This document shows positions 11,144 to 22,620 of a stretch of 64,000 bases of DNA, piece by piece. A program made the translations under genes and the position numbers. Each line of letters starts with the position of its first letter. Positions within the stretch are counted from its first letter, which is position 1. A model generated the notes under the pieces. That model saw only the letters and a program-made list of their open reading frames with translations, searched no databases and was not told where the DNA came from. The stretch is from positions 18,986,567-19,050,566 of the forward strand of contig CM120649.1 of assembly GCA_051362555.1 (NCBI GenBank), in the 5' to 3' direction. Origin of the DNA: Lingula anatina. Lineage: Eukaryota > Animalia > Brachiopoda.

Positions 11144-13555
11144 ATGACTGTATCTGCTTTTATTCTGATGATGCTCCTGGTCACTACCAGCATTGCTGGC
11201 TACACCGTGCCAGAGGCTGATTTCCTTGTTCAGGCTGACACCGACGCTGACGGAGACGCTGCCACCATCATCACTGTCTCCTCGCCCTTTTCTGGCAAAA
11301 CCACCGTCAAAGTATCGGCTGTCATGGAGAGTGGTAGCAGAAGACTGAAGCTCAATTTCCCTACCACACCTAACCGATTGTGTCCAGGGTAAGACTACCC
11401 TCTACCAAAGTCACAGAGATAATTTGTTTCACAACATATATTCCTGACTGTTCATTATATGTATAAACTTAACTGTCAGGGGAAAAACGGCCAAATGCTA
11501 CGTCATCTACCACGTGGTCTCACGTTAAGAGAAGGGTACATAGGGCGTCCTACTTGATCCTGTATTCATCTATGATGTTACTATTTTATTTAAAAAATTG
11601 GAAATTATATCACTTCATTTGTATAATTATGGCACCTAAGTAAATATACTGTATGTCAATATGTTGTTGTATCAACAGGGTACCATTGACTCACTTTATC
11701 AGTGAGTTAAGGAATGTCACAGTGGAAAACACGACCATCGCCATGGAACCTGCTTTAATTAATGGAAAAGTGACGTCTTTCCCGAGTGAAATATGCGCGT
11801 AAGTGTTTAACGTAGTGGAATAATTAGCCTATGCAATGCGTTATCAAAGCGTGAAATGGAATGGTGTTGTTAAGTCGTCAAAAGAGTCGTCCTCGAGTGT
11901 AGTATGGATGGGAATCACGCGAGATGGCTCAAAGTCTCGCAAATTAGAGTGAAATCGAACGAACTAGAATGTTTGTTTTAAAACACGCACCTTTGTATAA
12001 AAATAATATATTGATTATAGTTTATGATTTAAAATACAGATTTATGAAATAAATCTACCCCACATATAAAAAATTTAAAAAAACGATAACTTAAAGATCA
12101 GAAAAAAGTATTTTTTTTTTTAAAGTTTGGCATTCAGTTAAGCGTGGCTCGGTTCGTTTCAGATGGCGGATTCAGAAAGGTTATAGGGATAGTGCCAACA
12201 TAAAAGGAATGGGTGTCTATGACAAATGGTGAGTTATTTGTTTTGTTAATAGTCACATGGCTGACAAGCAAGGTGAAGACCTGGCCGGGAGATTGCAACA
12301 ACCCATTTTTACATATAACGGCTTAACCCCAATATTTCAGTTTCTCACAAGACGCCTCCTTTAAGGATGCATTAAACAAACCGCTGGACAAACTGTTGTT
12401 TTTAACCGTATGATATTCCATAGTTTAAAGGGATAATAACTCTTCGTATGATATCTATATTTCACAATAAAAACCTTGTGAATAACTCATAGAAATATAA
12501 TATATTCTGTTTTACCACAAAAACAGCAGTTATAGCTTTTATTCTGATATCTGAACTTGTCTTTAGACCACGTGACCTCCATTGATGTCTATACTCTGTT
12601 AAAATCTCTTAAGAGATTTTAACAAAAAACCAAACTTTTTAGAAAAAAACCAGGGACTAACATTGAATGTAAAAATGGGTTCATTAACCATTGGTAAGTA
12701 TGGGAAAATTGTTGTTTACTCCAGGAAAATTCATTTTTTGGCCGAAACGAAGAGTTATTATTGCTTTAAAGTTGTAGAAAATGACACTGTTACGTTTGTA
12801 AAATTGACCCCAATTATTATAATGTATTTGAATGAATAAAAATGATAATCCATTAGGCGTTTGTGTTTTTTACTCACTGAATGTACTCGCATATGAAATG
12901 TGTCGTTTTACTGTGCAGTCGAGTTCCTTAACGGTTAACCTGTACGCCAATGACTTTTGTTACCAGTCACAGATTGGAGCATGAAGTTTATAATGTGGTC
13001 GGTTGATATGTTTATTACAAACATGATTAGATTAGACGCATGTTTGTGTAGCGTCATGTAAGGGTCAGCTGTACAGATTACGAGTTGAATTGTCAGCAAC
13101 TGATTCAGGATATGTAAGATACAGTTTGAGCATATAAATTCGATATGATGACTCATTTATTTGAAAATCGGTGATTTTGAACTCAGTTTCGAACGAAAAT
13201 GGTTTTAAACTTGTTCACAATCTCTAGATACATTTATACAGTTGGCTATTTTTACTATTGAAATGAGTGAATAAGTGTAAAAAATAACAGGAAGAAATTT
13301 AAATAAAATTAGGAATCACTATCGAGATACTGCGACCTCAATTCAAGCCATATTTGTCTACTTTCCAGGCAGGACTCCCAGAAGTGTATCAACAAGGCTA
13401 ACGAGGACATGACCTGCGTGGAACAACTGCGAGAGGTACCTTGGCTCTTTCAGTGCCTGGGCGGCAAGTGCCCGGAAGGTTACACCGGACCGGCCCTGAT
13501 GATGCTGAAAGTGCCCATCCCCATCGCCTGCTTCTGTCAGCTGCTACCAAAGTAA
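11144..13555 (+). CDS. Secreted cystine-knot (Spaetzle/neurotrophin-like) protein, cassette B plus terminal exon, 205 aa
   Basis: Exons 11144-11388, 11679-11798, 12163-12228 and 13369-13555. Signal peptide MTVSAFILMMLLVTTSIAG. Cys pattern LC...EIC...KC...TCVEQ...QCLGGKC...PIACFC matches the Spaetzle-type C..E.C..C..CxQ..PxxCxC layout. TAA at 13553-13555; AATAAA at 13596 and 13604. Confidence 0.85.
12429..12765. mobile_element. Non-autonomous DNA transposon (MITE) with TTAA flanks, Kolobok-like
   Basis: ttaa|agggataataactcttcgt ... acgaagagttattattgct|ttaa: about 19-bp imperfect TIRs, AG...CT termini, TTAA on both sides. Central palindrome aaaatctcttaagagatttt at 12601-12620. Confidence 0.7.
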
Positions 13556-14191
13556 AAAAGGGAGGAAATTACGTCCATTTATTTGGTTACTTAGAAATAA
13601 AGGAATAAACGTACGCTGCACAGGACTGAGGTGATCTCGACTTGCGTGAAGTTATTTCAACGTCTTCATTTTGACAGTGAAATATTTCACCAGACAAATT
13701 CGATATGTCCGCCTCTTCGCAATACAGAAAGTCGCCGAAGTTATTAATGCACCATCGCGTTCAGAAGACAAAATGAGACAAACGATGTTTGGATTTTGAA
13801 TATCATTATTATGTATTACCATAGCAACACACGATATGTAAAAAAAAAAAAAAAAAACAAATATAAATTAATGGCACAGCACAATAATACCTGACCACAG
13901 CAGACTGATAGACACAAACAAATCCGCAGTATACATGTACTAGCATTGGGTTTGCAATAACTAAGTTAACGCATGTTCCTTTCTACGAAAATCCATTGTA
14001 GCTAAATAGTACACACAGATTGCTCATTGATATATTAAAACGGTACCTAAAATACCTGTTTACTTATTGGAGTTAGTTTTTTCTGCTAATAAATAGCAGT
14101 CTATTTCCATCTACAACGTACCATACACGTAAGGGAACCTCAAGGTTGTCCATTACACGTATATCACACCATTCAATTTACTGAATCAAAT

Positions 14192-15730
14192 TCAAAAACT
14201 AAAACCTTGAACCACCACGAAAGAGACCAAAATCTTTATCAAAACTGCAATCTGACTCCAAAGAGGGCCACACCCGTTACAGGTGCCAGCCGTGATGTTA
14301 AGGTAGGTCTCCAGGCACATGCGGATCACGTTGCCGCGTACAACGTACAACTGATCATCTATGACGTCACCAGTTTCCGATCGGGTCAATGTATACGTAA
14401 CGGTTCCATCGGAATCGATGCTCATTGCATGCTGAACCACAAGCGACCTTTCCACTTCAAATGTTATGACGTAGGGGATGTCACATATGACGTCATATTG
14501 CGTGACGTATGGCAGTATTTCTCTGTCTGTAGGTGGATTCGCCAACACTATGCCTACTTCTGTAAGGGATACCGAAATGTTTTCTGAGTTCCAAACAGGC
14601 TTTGCGCTTTGCTCAAGGGAAGGCATAACTGCTACCAGTCGTTCCAAATCCACCTCGGGCGCTTCTGTGTCTCCATCTAGCGTCACGTTGACCTTACTCA
14701 GATAGCCCCAATATGCGTGCCGATCAGTTCCGAGAAGAAATGGTCTGAGAGGCTCTCGGAGAGTCACGCTTGACTCCGGGAGATTCAGTTTGGAGAGGAA
14801 GGAGTTTATTGTGCCATCAGCCGTTGCCTCTAAACCAAACGTGTCGCAGGTTCCCGTCACGGCTGCGCCAAATACGAACGAGACTGAAAAGAGGTTGTTG
14901 GTGCTCGAGGTTTGCCGTTTGTCTCTGGTCCAGTGTACCATGACGGGCGTGGAGTTGGAAAACTTTGTTGTGATGTGGGTCCATGTTCTACTGCCAAACC
15001 CCTTTTGTTGAAGACCCCGCTGAAACAGAATGTCGATTGTGTTAAACATGTGCACACTTGGGAAAGCGTATTCAATCACAGGCAACATGGGCAAGAAAAA
15101 GGAATTGCTTACAAAAATTTCACAATTCATAAATGCCACACTAAAAATATAGAATATAAACAACATAAAAAATGCACAACCATTCTACATTTATTCATAA
15201 TCATAATCACGTTTTTTAAGCATTATAATCTAATCAGATAAAGGACTTTTTACATTTTTAAACTAGCTGAAATGGAGGTTTTGAATGAGAAGTTTATCTA
15301 AAACAGATTTTTAACAGGCGCAAATTAAAAAAGTAGCCCGTACCTTTTGTCCAAAATCCCGTGCTGCAGCAGGTGGTTTTTCGTGCATTGCACCCAGATC
15401 ATTGACTTTGTCCTTGGCTTTCGCATCCATTTGTAAATCAGTTCTCATCTTTAACATCGACTTAGGCGTCTTTGTTGATGCGTTGGCAACCAAAATGGGT
15501 TGCAGAGCGGTCTTCGAAAAGAGTTTAGACCCTTTTAGTTGTTTTTGGATCGCGCTTGTCTCAACAGTCTCGGTTTGAACAGTTGTCCCAGAGTCGCCGC
15601 TATTGGCATGGTGATAGATCCCATTCGACAACACGATGAAAACGACGACGCCGAGAAGAACTAGCGCAAAATACGCGCAGACGTCATCGGTGCTGTACCG
15701 CTCTCTGGGACGCCGAGTGTAGTTAAACAT
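14192..15730 (-). CDS. Uncharacterised membrane protein, 404 aa: N-terminal TM helix, stalk, furin-like site, C-terminal Cys module and hydrophobic GPI-like tail
   Basis: Exons 15730-15344 and 15019-14192 (phase 0, GT-AG). TM segment VCAYFALVLLGVVVFIVLSNGIY; RDKR motif; C-terminus ...YVVRGNVIRMCLETYLNITAGTCNGCGPLWSQIAVLIKILVSFVVVQGFSF*. Confidence 0.8.
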
Positions 15731-16375
15731 GGCGTCTCCCTCTTCCCAGCAGACAGGAGAAAGGTTTGCTTGAGTAACTCTGTCACAGAGCTTTGAAACC
15801 AACTAGTACGAGATATAATAGGAACACACTTCGGGGCAAATTGACAGGTTCTTGGATAATGTTCGCTGAAAGATCTCCTGACTTTGTCACATTAAAAATT
15901 CTTAAACACAATATACAAGACTGTGCTTTGTTTTCCACCAGTCATTGCCAAATGCTAGATCTGTTGTGGTGACAGTTGAAGGCAGTTGCTGCTTATATTG
16001 CAATTTCCCTTTGAACCCCTGGTTATTCTGTACAGTATTTTACAAGCCAGTAGTTTTTGTTTGCCGGACCATACTGACTGGCTCTAGTCTAACTGCTTGC
16101 GGGTCTCATTACTTCTTTGGTTGATTCTGAACACGTGTTGGCTTTATGTCATACGGCAATATACCGTCACCTACTCGTGACAGATACTTTCGGTTCATTT
16201 AGCTTGTTCCTGTGTTATTGCCTTTTGGATAACAAGGCTAGATAGATAGAGAAATATAGAGATAGACAGGTGAACAGACACACAGACAGACAGAGACGCG
16301 GACAGATAGACAGAGTTTAAGGCACCTTGTCCTCGGCCTACTGCACTTACCTGAGCTGGTACTTCTCCAGTAGGT

Positions 16376-16490
16376 GACCACGCCCCTCTGTAGTTTTAAG
16401 CCAATCAGAGCCTACGTGGACACGCTCCTCTTTAGTTTTAAATCAATCAGAGCCTAGGGGACCACGCCCCTCTGTAGTTTTAAACCTACT
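16376..16490. repeat. About 41-bp tandem repeat (3 copies) carrying CCACGCCC and CCAAT-like boxes; candidate promoter
   Basis: gaccacgcccctctgtagttttaagccaatcagagcct recurs 3 times, diverged, next to a consensus minus-strand donor (cag|gtaagtg at 16351/16350). Confidence 0.6.
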
Positions 16491-17757
16491 AAAGCCCAGT
16501 GTCGGCCGTTCTCTCTTTTCATGGTGTTTGTCGTATAACTGTGAAGTGATTTGACGGGGCATGGCGATTTTACATCCAGGAAAAAAAAACATCCTCTAGG
16601 TCTAGATTATTAGACGAAAGCAAGCCATGCGATGATGCGAAGGTTGCTTCAGGAAGAATCACTTCACGTTATCTGGTTTGTATTAATGAGATATACTTGC
16701 GATAGAGACAGTGAATTATTTACCTCCACATGTACGTTAATGGTCCACCATCTGGTAACCATAAGCACGCAATATTTTCTTTTAAGACAGTGAACTAATC
16801 GGGGCTGACGTTGAAGTTGCAACGTACATGTATCCGGGATAGGATACAGTTTGTTCCGACAAACAGCTAAGTTGTACGATTAAAGTTTTTGTTATTATTA
16901 TTATTATTATTATTATTCCATGCAGCTATGAAAGAAGCGTTCTTTATATGTTATCATGTAATTGTCAATGGTCACTTGTAAATGTCAGAAGCCAAACATG
17001 CCCGTCCTCCCACCCTGACACATTATTTGTTTTGTGCAGTGCCCCAGATATGATACACTTAGTTTCCATTGTCAACGTGCTTTACATATTCAGGTTTTCA
17101 GCGGCTTGTGTGCCTATATAGTACTACAAATTTACATTTAAAACACTTTTACATTTCGGGCGAACGATGTACATCACTTGTTTACTAAGATTCCATGCAA
17201 GAATATGTCGGCTAAAAACTGTAAAAAATAAAACAAGAAAGAATTTTTTACGTTTATTCACGTTGAAATCGTGAAGATAATTGAATAGTTGACTACAAGG
17301 AAATTCCCTTATGTGCTATCATTTTCTGTTTGATACAGATAAATCTTTAAGAATATAGTCTACAATATCATCCTCATATCAGGATTAAAAACCAATAGCT
17401 ACAGATGTATGTTTTCGTTGCCATATTGCTTTAAATGTTCGGTTCTATTACTGTCGAACCAATAGTAACTCACGTTGTTTTTTACTCTCTCAAATATTCT
17501 TCAAATTTTTCACAGGTAAACTACCCATAGTCCAAACCCCCTAGAGCTGAACTCAAGGCATCTGACAAACAAATGCACAGAAAATGATGAGTATGTCCAA
17601 ATAAACATTGCTGATATGGCAATCACTATAAGGGAAAAAGTCATTCATTTTTCGTTTTTCGAATCAGCACACGTTTTAATTTTTCTTTCAGTGTGCAGCG
17701 TAAATCGTGAAACTTTTTTTTTTTTTGTCATGTAGTTCTCTTTCGCGGCATAATTTG

Positions 17758-20700
17758 TCAAAAATGCAACACGTATTGTAGAAAGATAAGCATTACTACC
17801 GGTAGAAAAACCAACGTCATTGGCCCAAGAGTTGACCCTCGACATTTAATAGCCAGGTAGTCACTTTCGCATATAAACGCCACCTCGTCCCTTATTGTAT
17901 AGTTTAAAGGACTGATTAACGTGTTAGTGCGGGCATTAAACAGGTACTGACGTCCACGCCGACCATGAACTGCTATCCCAAAGAATCCCAAAACCTCCAA
18001 AGGAACAGAAATGCTCGCACAGTCTATGTCAGTGTATTTTGATATAACAAAGGGGGGGAAATGACCAAAACTTTCAATCATAACGTGCGTTAAAAACCCC
18101 TCTTTCCACCTTTGTTGAGCTAACATTTGGTCTTTGAATAAAGGCACAAATGGTAAAAATCGCGAAAAGCTTTCTTCAAGAGAAACGAATGTGCCTAGGG
18201 TGTGTATTACTGAACGGTATCTAACATTCAGTTGTTTACTGACGTTTACACTCCCATGTACGATTCTTTGCGGGTTTATGAAGTAGAAACCCATGGGCGT
18301 TTCCTTATCCTTATAACATGTAGAGTGAAATAGGCCCTTTGGTTTAAGAAAAGCTGTAAACCAATTATTTTCTGTCAAACACCGGCCAATGTAGCTTGAA
18401 GTGGGCGGAACCTCGACATCCCAGGCGTACGCCTCTGTCGCCAAATGAGGAAAACGGGTGTAAGAGTCGAATGCTTTGATACATCGGTGCAGCATTGGTT
18501 GGTGGAACCGAGGGCATTCCAACGGCAGACATACGTCCTGTTTCATGAAACACAATACGAAAGAGATAAGTGCATGAATAGATGCATACAAAACTAAAAG
18601 TATACAGATAAGCTAAATCACACATTGGGGCTATCGGACGGATACTAAACGACACGAAGGCTAATTTGAACAACTGAGAAATTATCAGTGATGATTTAAG
18701 TAATTCAGTTTTTTTAGTTCCAGGCTATTCATTTGGCACAAAAAAAGTTTTGATTTAAGCGCGTTATGACGTTTCTGTAGTGCATGATTAATAATATTAA
18801 TAACAATATTTATTTAGAGTCTAAAATCCTTAACAGTTCAGAAGACTTAATTTCAATGACAAAATGGTAAAATAATGTAGCAATAAAAACAACCTGTAAA
18901 AGAATAGTTAAGGAAATTTCATTTTTCGACCTCTACACCCAATATATCTTTAAAACTTCCAAAGGATCTTATTTGTTTCCTGTGAAACCCCACTACCGTA
19001 CACCATTTTGGTTGCAATGAACGCAAATTCAAAGTAATGCCAACAACCAATTTGGTTCAGGCTCTGTGTTTAGTATGGATAAAATCGCAGAATATATTCA
19101 AAACATGTTTGATGTGACCAAAACGATATGGAAAGTTGCCCTATGTATTTTTAATGTAATTATCAACAGAATAGATGCAGTGGCAGTCAGGATGCAGACC
19201 ATCCTCCAGCTGACTGCAGACTCAATTGCATATTTCGACTGGCATTTTTGTTCTGAATGCTGAATGGGTGTTTCAGCACTTCCGCGTTTTTATACCACGA
19301 GCCTTGGAAAATAATCCACTTACCAAACTTTGATCATAAACGTGGTCTTCTCGACACGGGGTGGGTTTTCCTTCAAGTTCAAGTAGGTATCTTACTCTGT
19401 CCACGTCATAATGTAACTGCACTTGAAAATGTTCTTCCGGCGAAAAATCTAAAGTAAAAGATACACGATATAGCACACCACTGACGTATTTGCACCTTGT
19501 TATCAAGTTCAAAGAAATATCAAGGAAATATAAAAGAAACTAGTACAAATAAAGCTTTTGTGTTAAAAAAAATTTTGATATGTGGAGTGTGACTCGCACC
19601 CCCATCCCCACCCCGTCTTGCGGTAAACATTACACTTACATTTCCTGGAACAGAGACTCAACCCCCGCAAGCCTTCTTGAGAAAGACTGTTGTAACAGAA
19701 TTCCTTTTTCTTCGGGTGAAGGAGCACGACATTGGAAAAAGTCACATTTAACAGGTTACACGGCCAGTGTGGGTCCTTCGTGACTGTCACCAATTCCTCA
19801 ACGACTTCCCTTTCACACTGCGTCATCTTACAATAATTCTGCAGTTGGATGACGTGTTCATATTTGCCTGTATGGTTATAAATCACATTAGGTAAACATT
19901 CTCTAATGCGAGTGCCATGATCAATTAAGGTGTAACAGGAATCAGAGGCACGAAACTGGCGGATGGATCTGATCATATTTTTCACATCTTTATTACTTTC
20001 AGAACAATGTATACTAAGCGGCACTGGTTGGATATTTGCCATATTTAGGTCATGACAAATGGCGCAAAATATGTTCCTAAAGACAATACCAGTTTCCACG
20101 TGGTACACGGGACGCAAGATCTCGTCGTCATCGTGGTAAGACAGAGCGTTTGTGCAGAACTCTACAGCGGCGGCGCCATTTTGGCCATGGGGATAATCTG
20201 GACAAGAGTCAATGCCTCGCACCACACCTTTCATTCTAAAAACATCTAAATTGATACAACGGAGGTCTTCAATCACCGACTGTGGCAGTGTCACTGTACG
20301 GCGTGGAATTGAAGGGCACAGGGAGTCAGATTGGAAACAACAATCCTGGAAACCGTAGCAGAGGTCGTCCTGGAAGCAGCTGTGGTGTACGCTATTTACC
20401 AAAAAGGTCAAATATTCATCAGATTGCCATGACGCGGAGAAGGCAGAGTCAATTTCGTCCGTATGCTAGAAGGAAAAGAAAACAGATGATAAGTATAAAT
20501 GATAAGTATAAGATACCGTACTAGTCTACGCCTTAAATATTGCAGTCCACTACTATTTGAGAGGGAGTTTAGACAGACCTTAATGCCATCCTTAACCTAC
20601 TTCTTTTTACATTATAGCATACACGGACATATTTTATGCACTTAATATTAAAAAACAAACATACAACTTGAATAGGGATTGAATACACAAACGCAATACC

Positions 20701-21636
20701 AGTAACAAATAATTGATATCTTAACGTAAGAAGTGCAGGTATATATGTGTAATTAAAGGACCTATATGCGGTATTTTACTAGTAATAAAGCTGCAAAATT
20801 AAGCGAACAGCACTATACTGTCCAAAATATCAAACATTATTTTTAAATGAAAGTTTTGAAAAGATTTTGATGCTTGTCTTATAGCATTTTTTTACTTTAT
20901 TTTAGAACTTAACAAGACTTAAGACTGTAAGAAATGAGAAAGATTTCAGTTAATCTGTTTAGTTAAAATTGTTCTTTTGCACTGTACACCATCCCTGAAA
21001 CTTAGACAAAAAGTTCACACTCGATTTTTCTTCTCTTCTGAAACGTATACTTACCGCATTTCGCTTAGAAATCGAACCTTCAGTCATGTTGTAACTTTTC
21101 GGGCATTTCAACGGCTCGTTGATCGGAGATTTCTTCGGTTCCGCAATTGTAGCCAAGTTATCACCCTTCACCACTGCCACCCCCGCCGTCGTAACTCCCG
21201 GGTTTTCCAACGTTGCTCTTTCCGCCATCGGTTCTGGAACCGAAGCTGAGGCAGCAGAGCTCTGGTAATGCATTGCCGCCATCGTGTACTTTGGCATTGG
21301 TTTTCTCGGCAAAGCGGTTCTTCCGGTCGTTACTTTGATTACAGTGCCCAGAAACGTTACGATCTCATCCTCCCTCGGACTTAAGGTCATTTTCCTCTCC
21401 CCTGCCGTCTGTGGTGTAGAGCTTGAATGTTCAGGAACATTGCTGGAAATGACTTCTTTCCCTGCTCGTCCTGGTTGCACAGAGGAAAGCTGAGAGAACC
21501 CACATAACATGTACACTACCAGAGCCGGTGTTACTATTAAAGTTATTCCCTGGACCACAAGGTAGAGCAACCAAATGTAGTCGTGCACCGAGGTCCGGTG
21601 ACGGCGATTTCGGTTGTACCTTCTTGGCTGCTCCAT
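17758..21636 (-). CDS. Uncharacterised Cys-rich membrane protein, 770 aa, with a somatomedin-B-like motif, N-terminal TM helix and C-terminal hydrophobic tail
   Basis: Exons 21636-21055, 20465-19640, 19448-19324 and 18537-17758 (GT-AG, phases 0/1/0). TM segment YIWLLYLVVQGITLIVTPALVVYMLCGF; SMB-like SCFQDDLCYGFQDCC; PVYHVETGIVFRNIFCAIC; CREDHVYDQSLDVCLPLECP; ends ...YTIRDEVAFICESDYLAIKCRGSTLGPMTLVFLPVVMLIFLQYVLHF*. Confidence 0.85.
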
Positions 21637-22620
21637 GGTATCCTCGCGTCTTCTCTTGGATGTAGTATTAGGAACACATATGTAGTATACAAAACGCGTA
21701 ATCTCTTAACGATTCCAACCACTTCGTTCGGATAAGATGCTCCCGAATGTGGAAGTTTTTTTATCTTATCTGTGGTCGACAGAAATGTTCGGCTTCCCGC
21801 TCGGTAGTTTCAGCGTGTCTGCCAATCTCTAATTACGCCTAAGTTCCAACGTGTTGTAAAACAGATCCAGTTTATTAATTCGGTGGAGAAAGGTGCACGT
21901 GCGGCACATTTATCTGCGTGTCGCTTTGTCATGCGTCAAAATTTAATGAACAACTCGGTCTCGTGGCTGTTACATCATCCGGCAGACCGTATATCGTTGT
22001 TATTCAACAACAGGTAAAAACGCAAGCAGTAAGAAGAGAGAGACAGAAAGAGAATAGGGTGAAGCACACTTGCAGGTTTTCGAGGTAAACCTTTGAAAAG
22101 AAAATCTGAACATTGTACACATTTTTGATAAGTAAATTTGTTTTAAAAAAAAAAACGCTTCTAAAATCTTTTATTTACTACTGAAAATATTTAAAGTGAT
22201 AAGAGGCAGATATGAATAAGACTAGATCTCACATCATCTCTCCAGGGTTGTACCACTTTAATTCAATTGTTACCACATATTTTCAGTATAAACTTTATAT
22301 AGCCAATAACATTTTTGTCTACCATTATATTTAGAATTTATTGTTTCTTCCAACCAATATTTCACATCACAGTTTTGACAGCACAATCTCCTGCTGTTGA
22401 CCAAACGCCCGAGGAACCTTCACATCTCTTGTAATGTTCTGGGGCTGTACGTGTATACCCTTTCATTCTATAATACGACATACACAGACGCTTCCATGCC
22501 GTGCTTTAGGCCAGGTTTTCCCCATGATACATCCTTTGGAAAAAATGACCTACATCTCCGATGTTCACTCTTCATGTCTTATATATAATCCACTCATATT
22601 TTAATATTTGACGTTATATC

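Noticed and set aside
14207-15241. Plus-strand ORFs overlapping the membrane-protein gene
   Set aside because: Antisense shadows of a GC-richer coding exon; no motifs.
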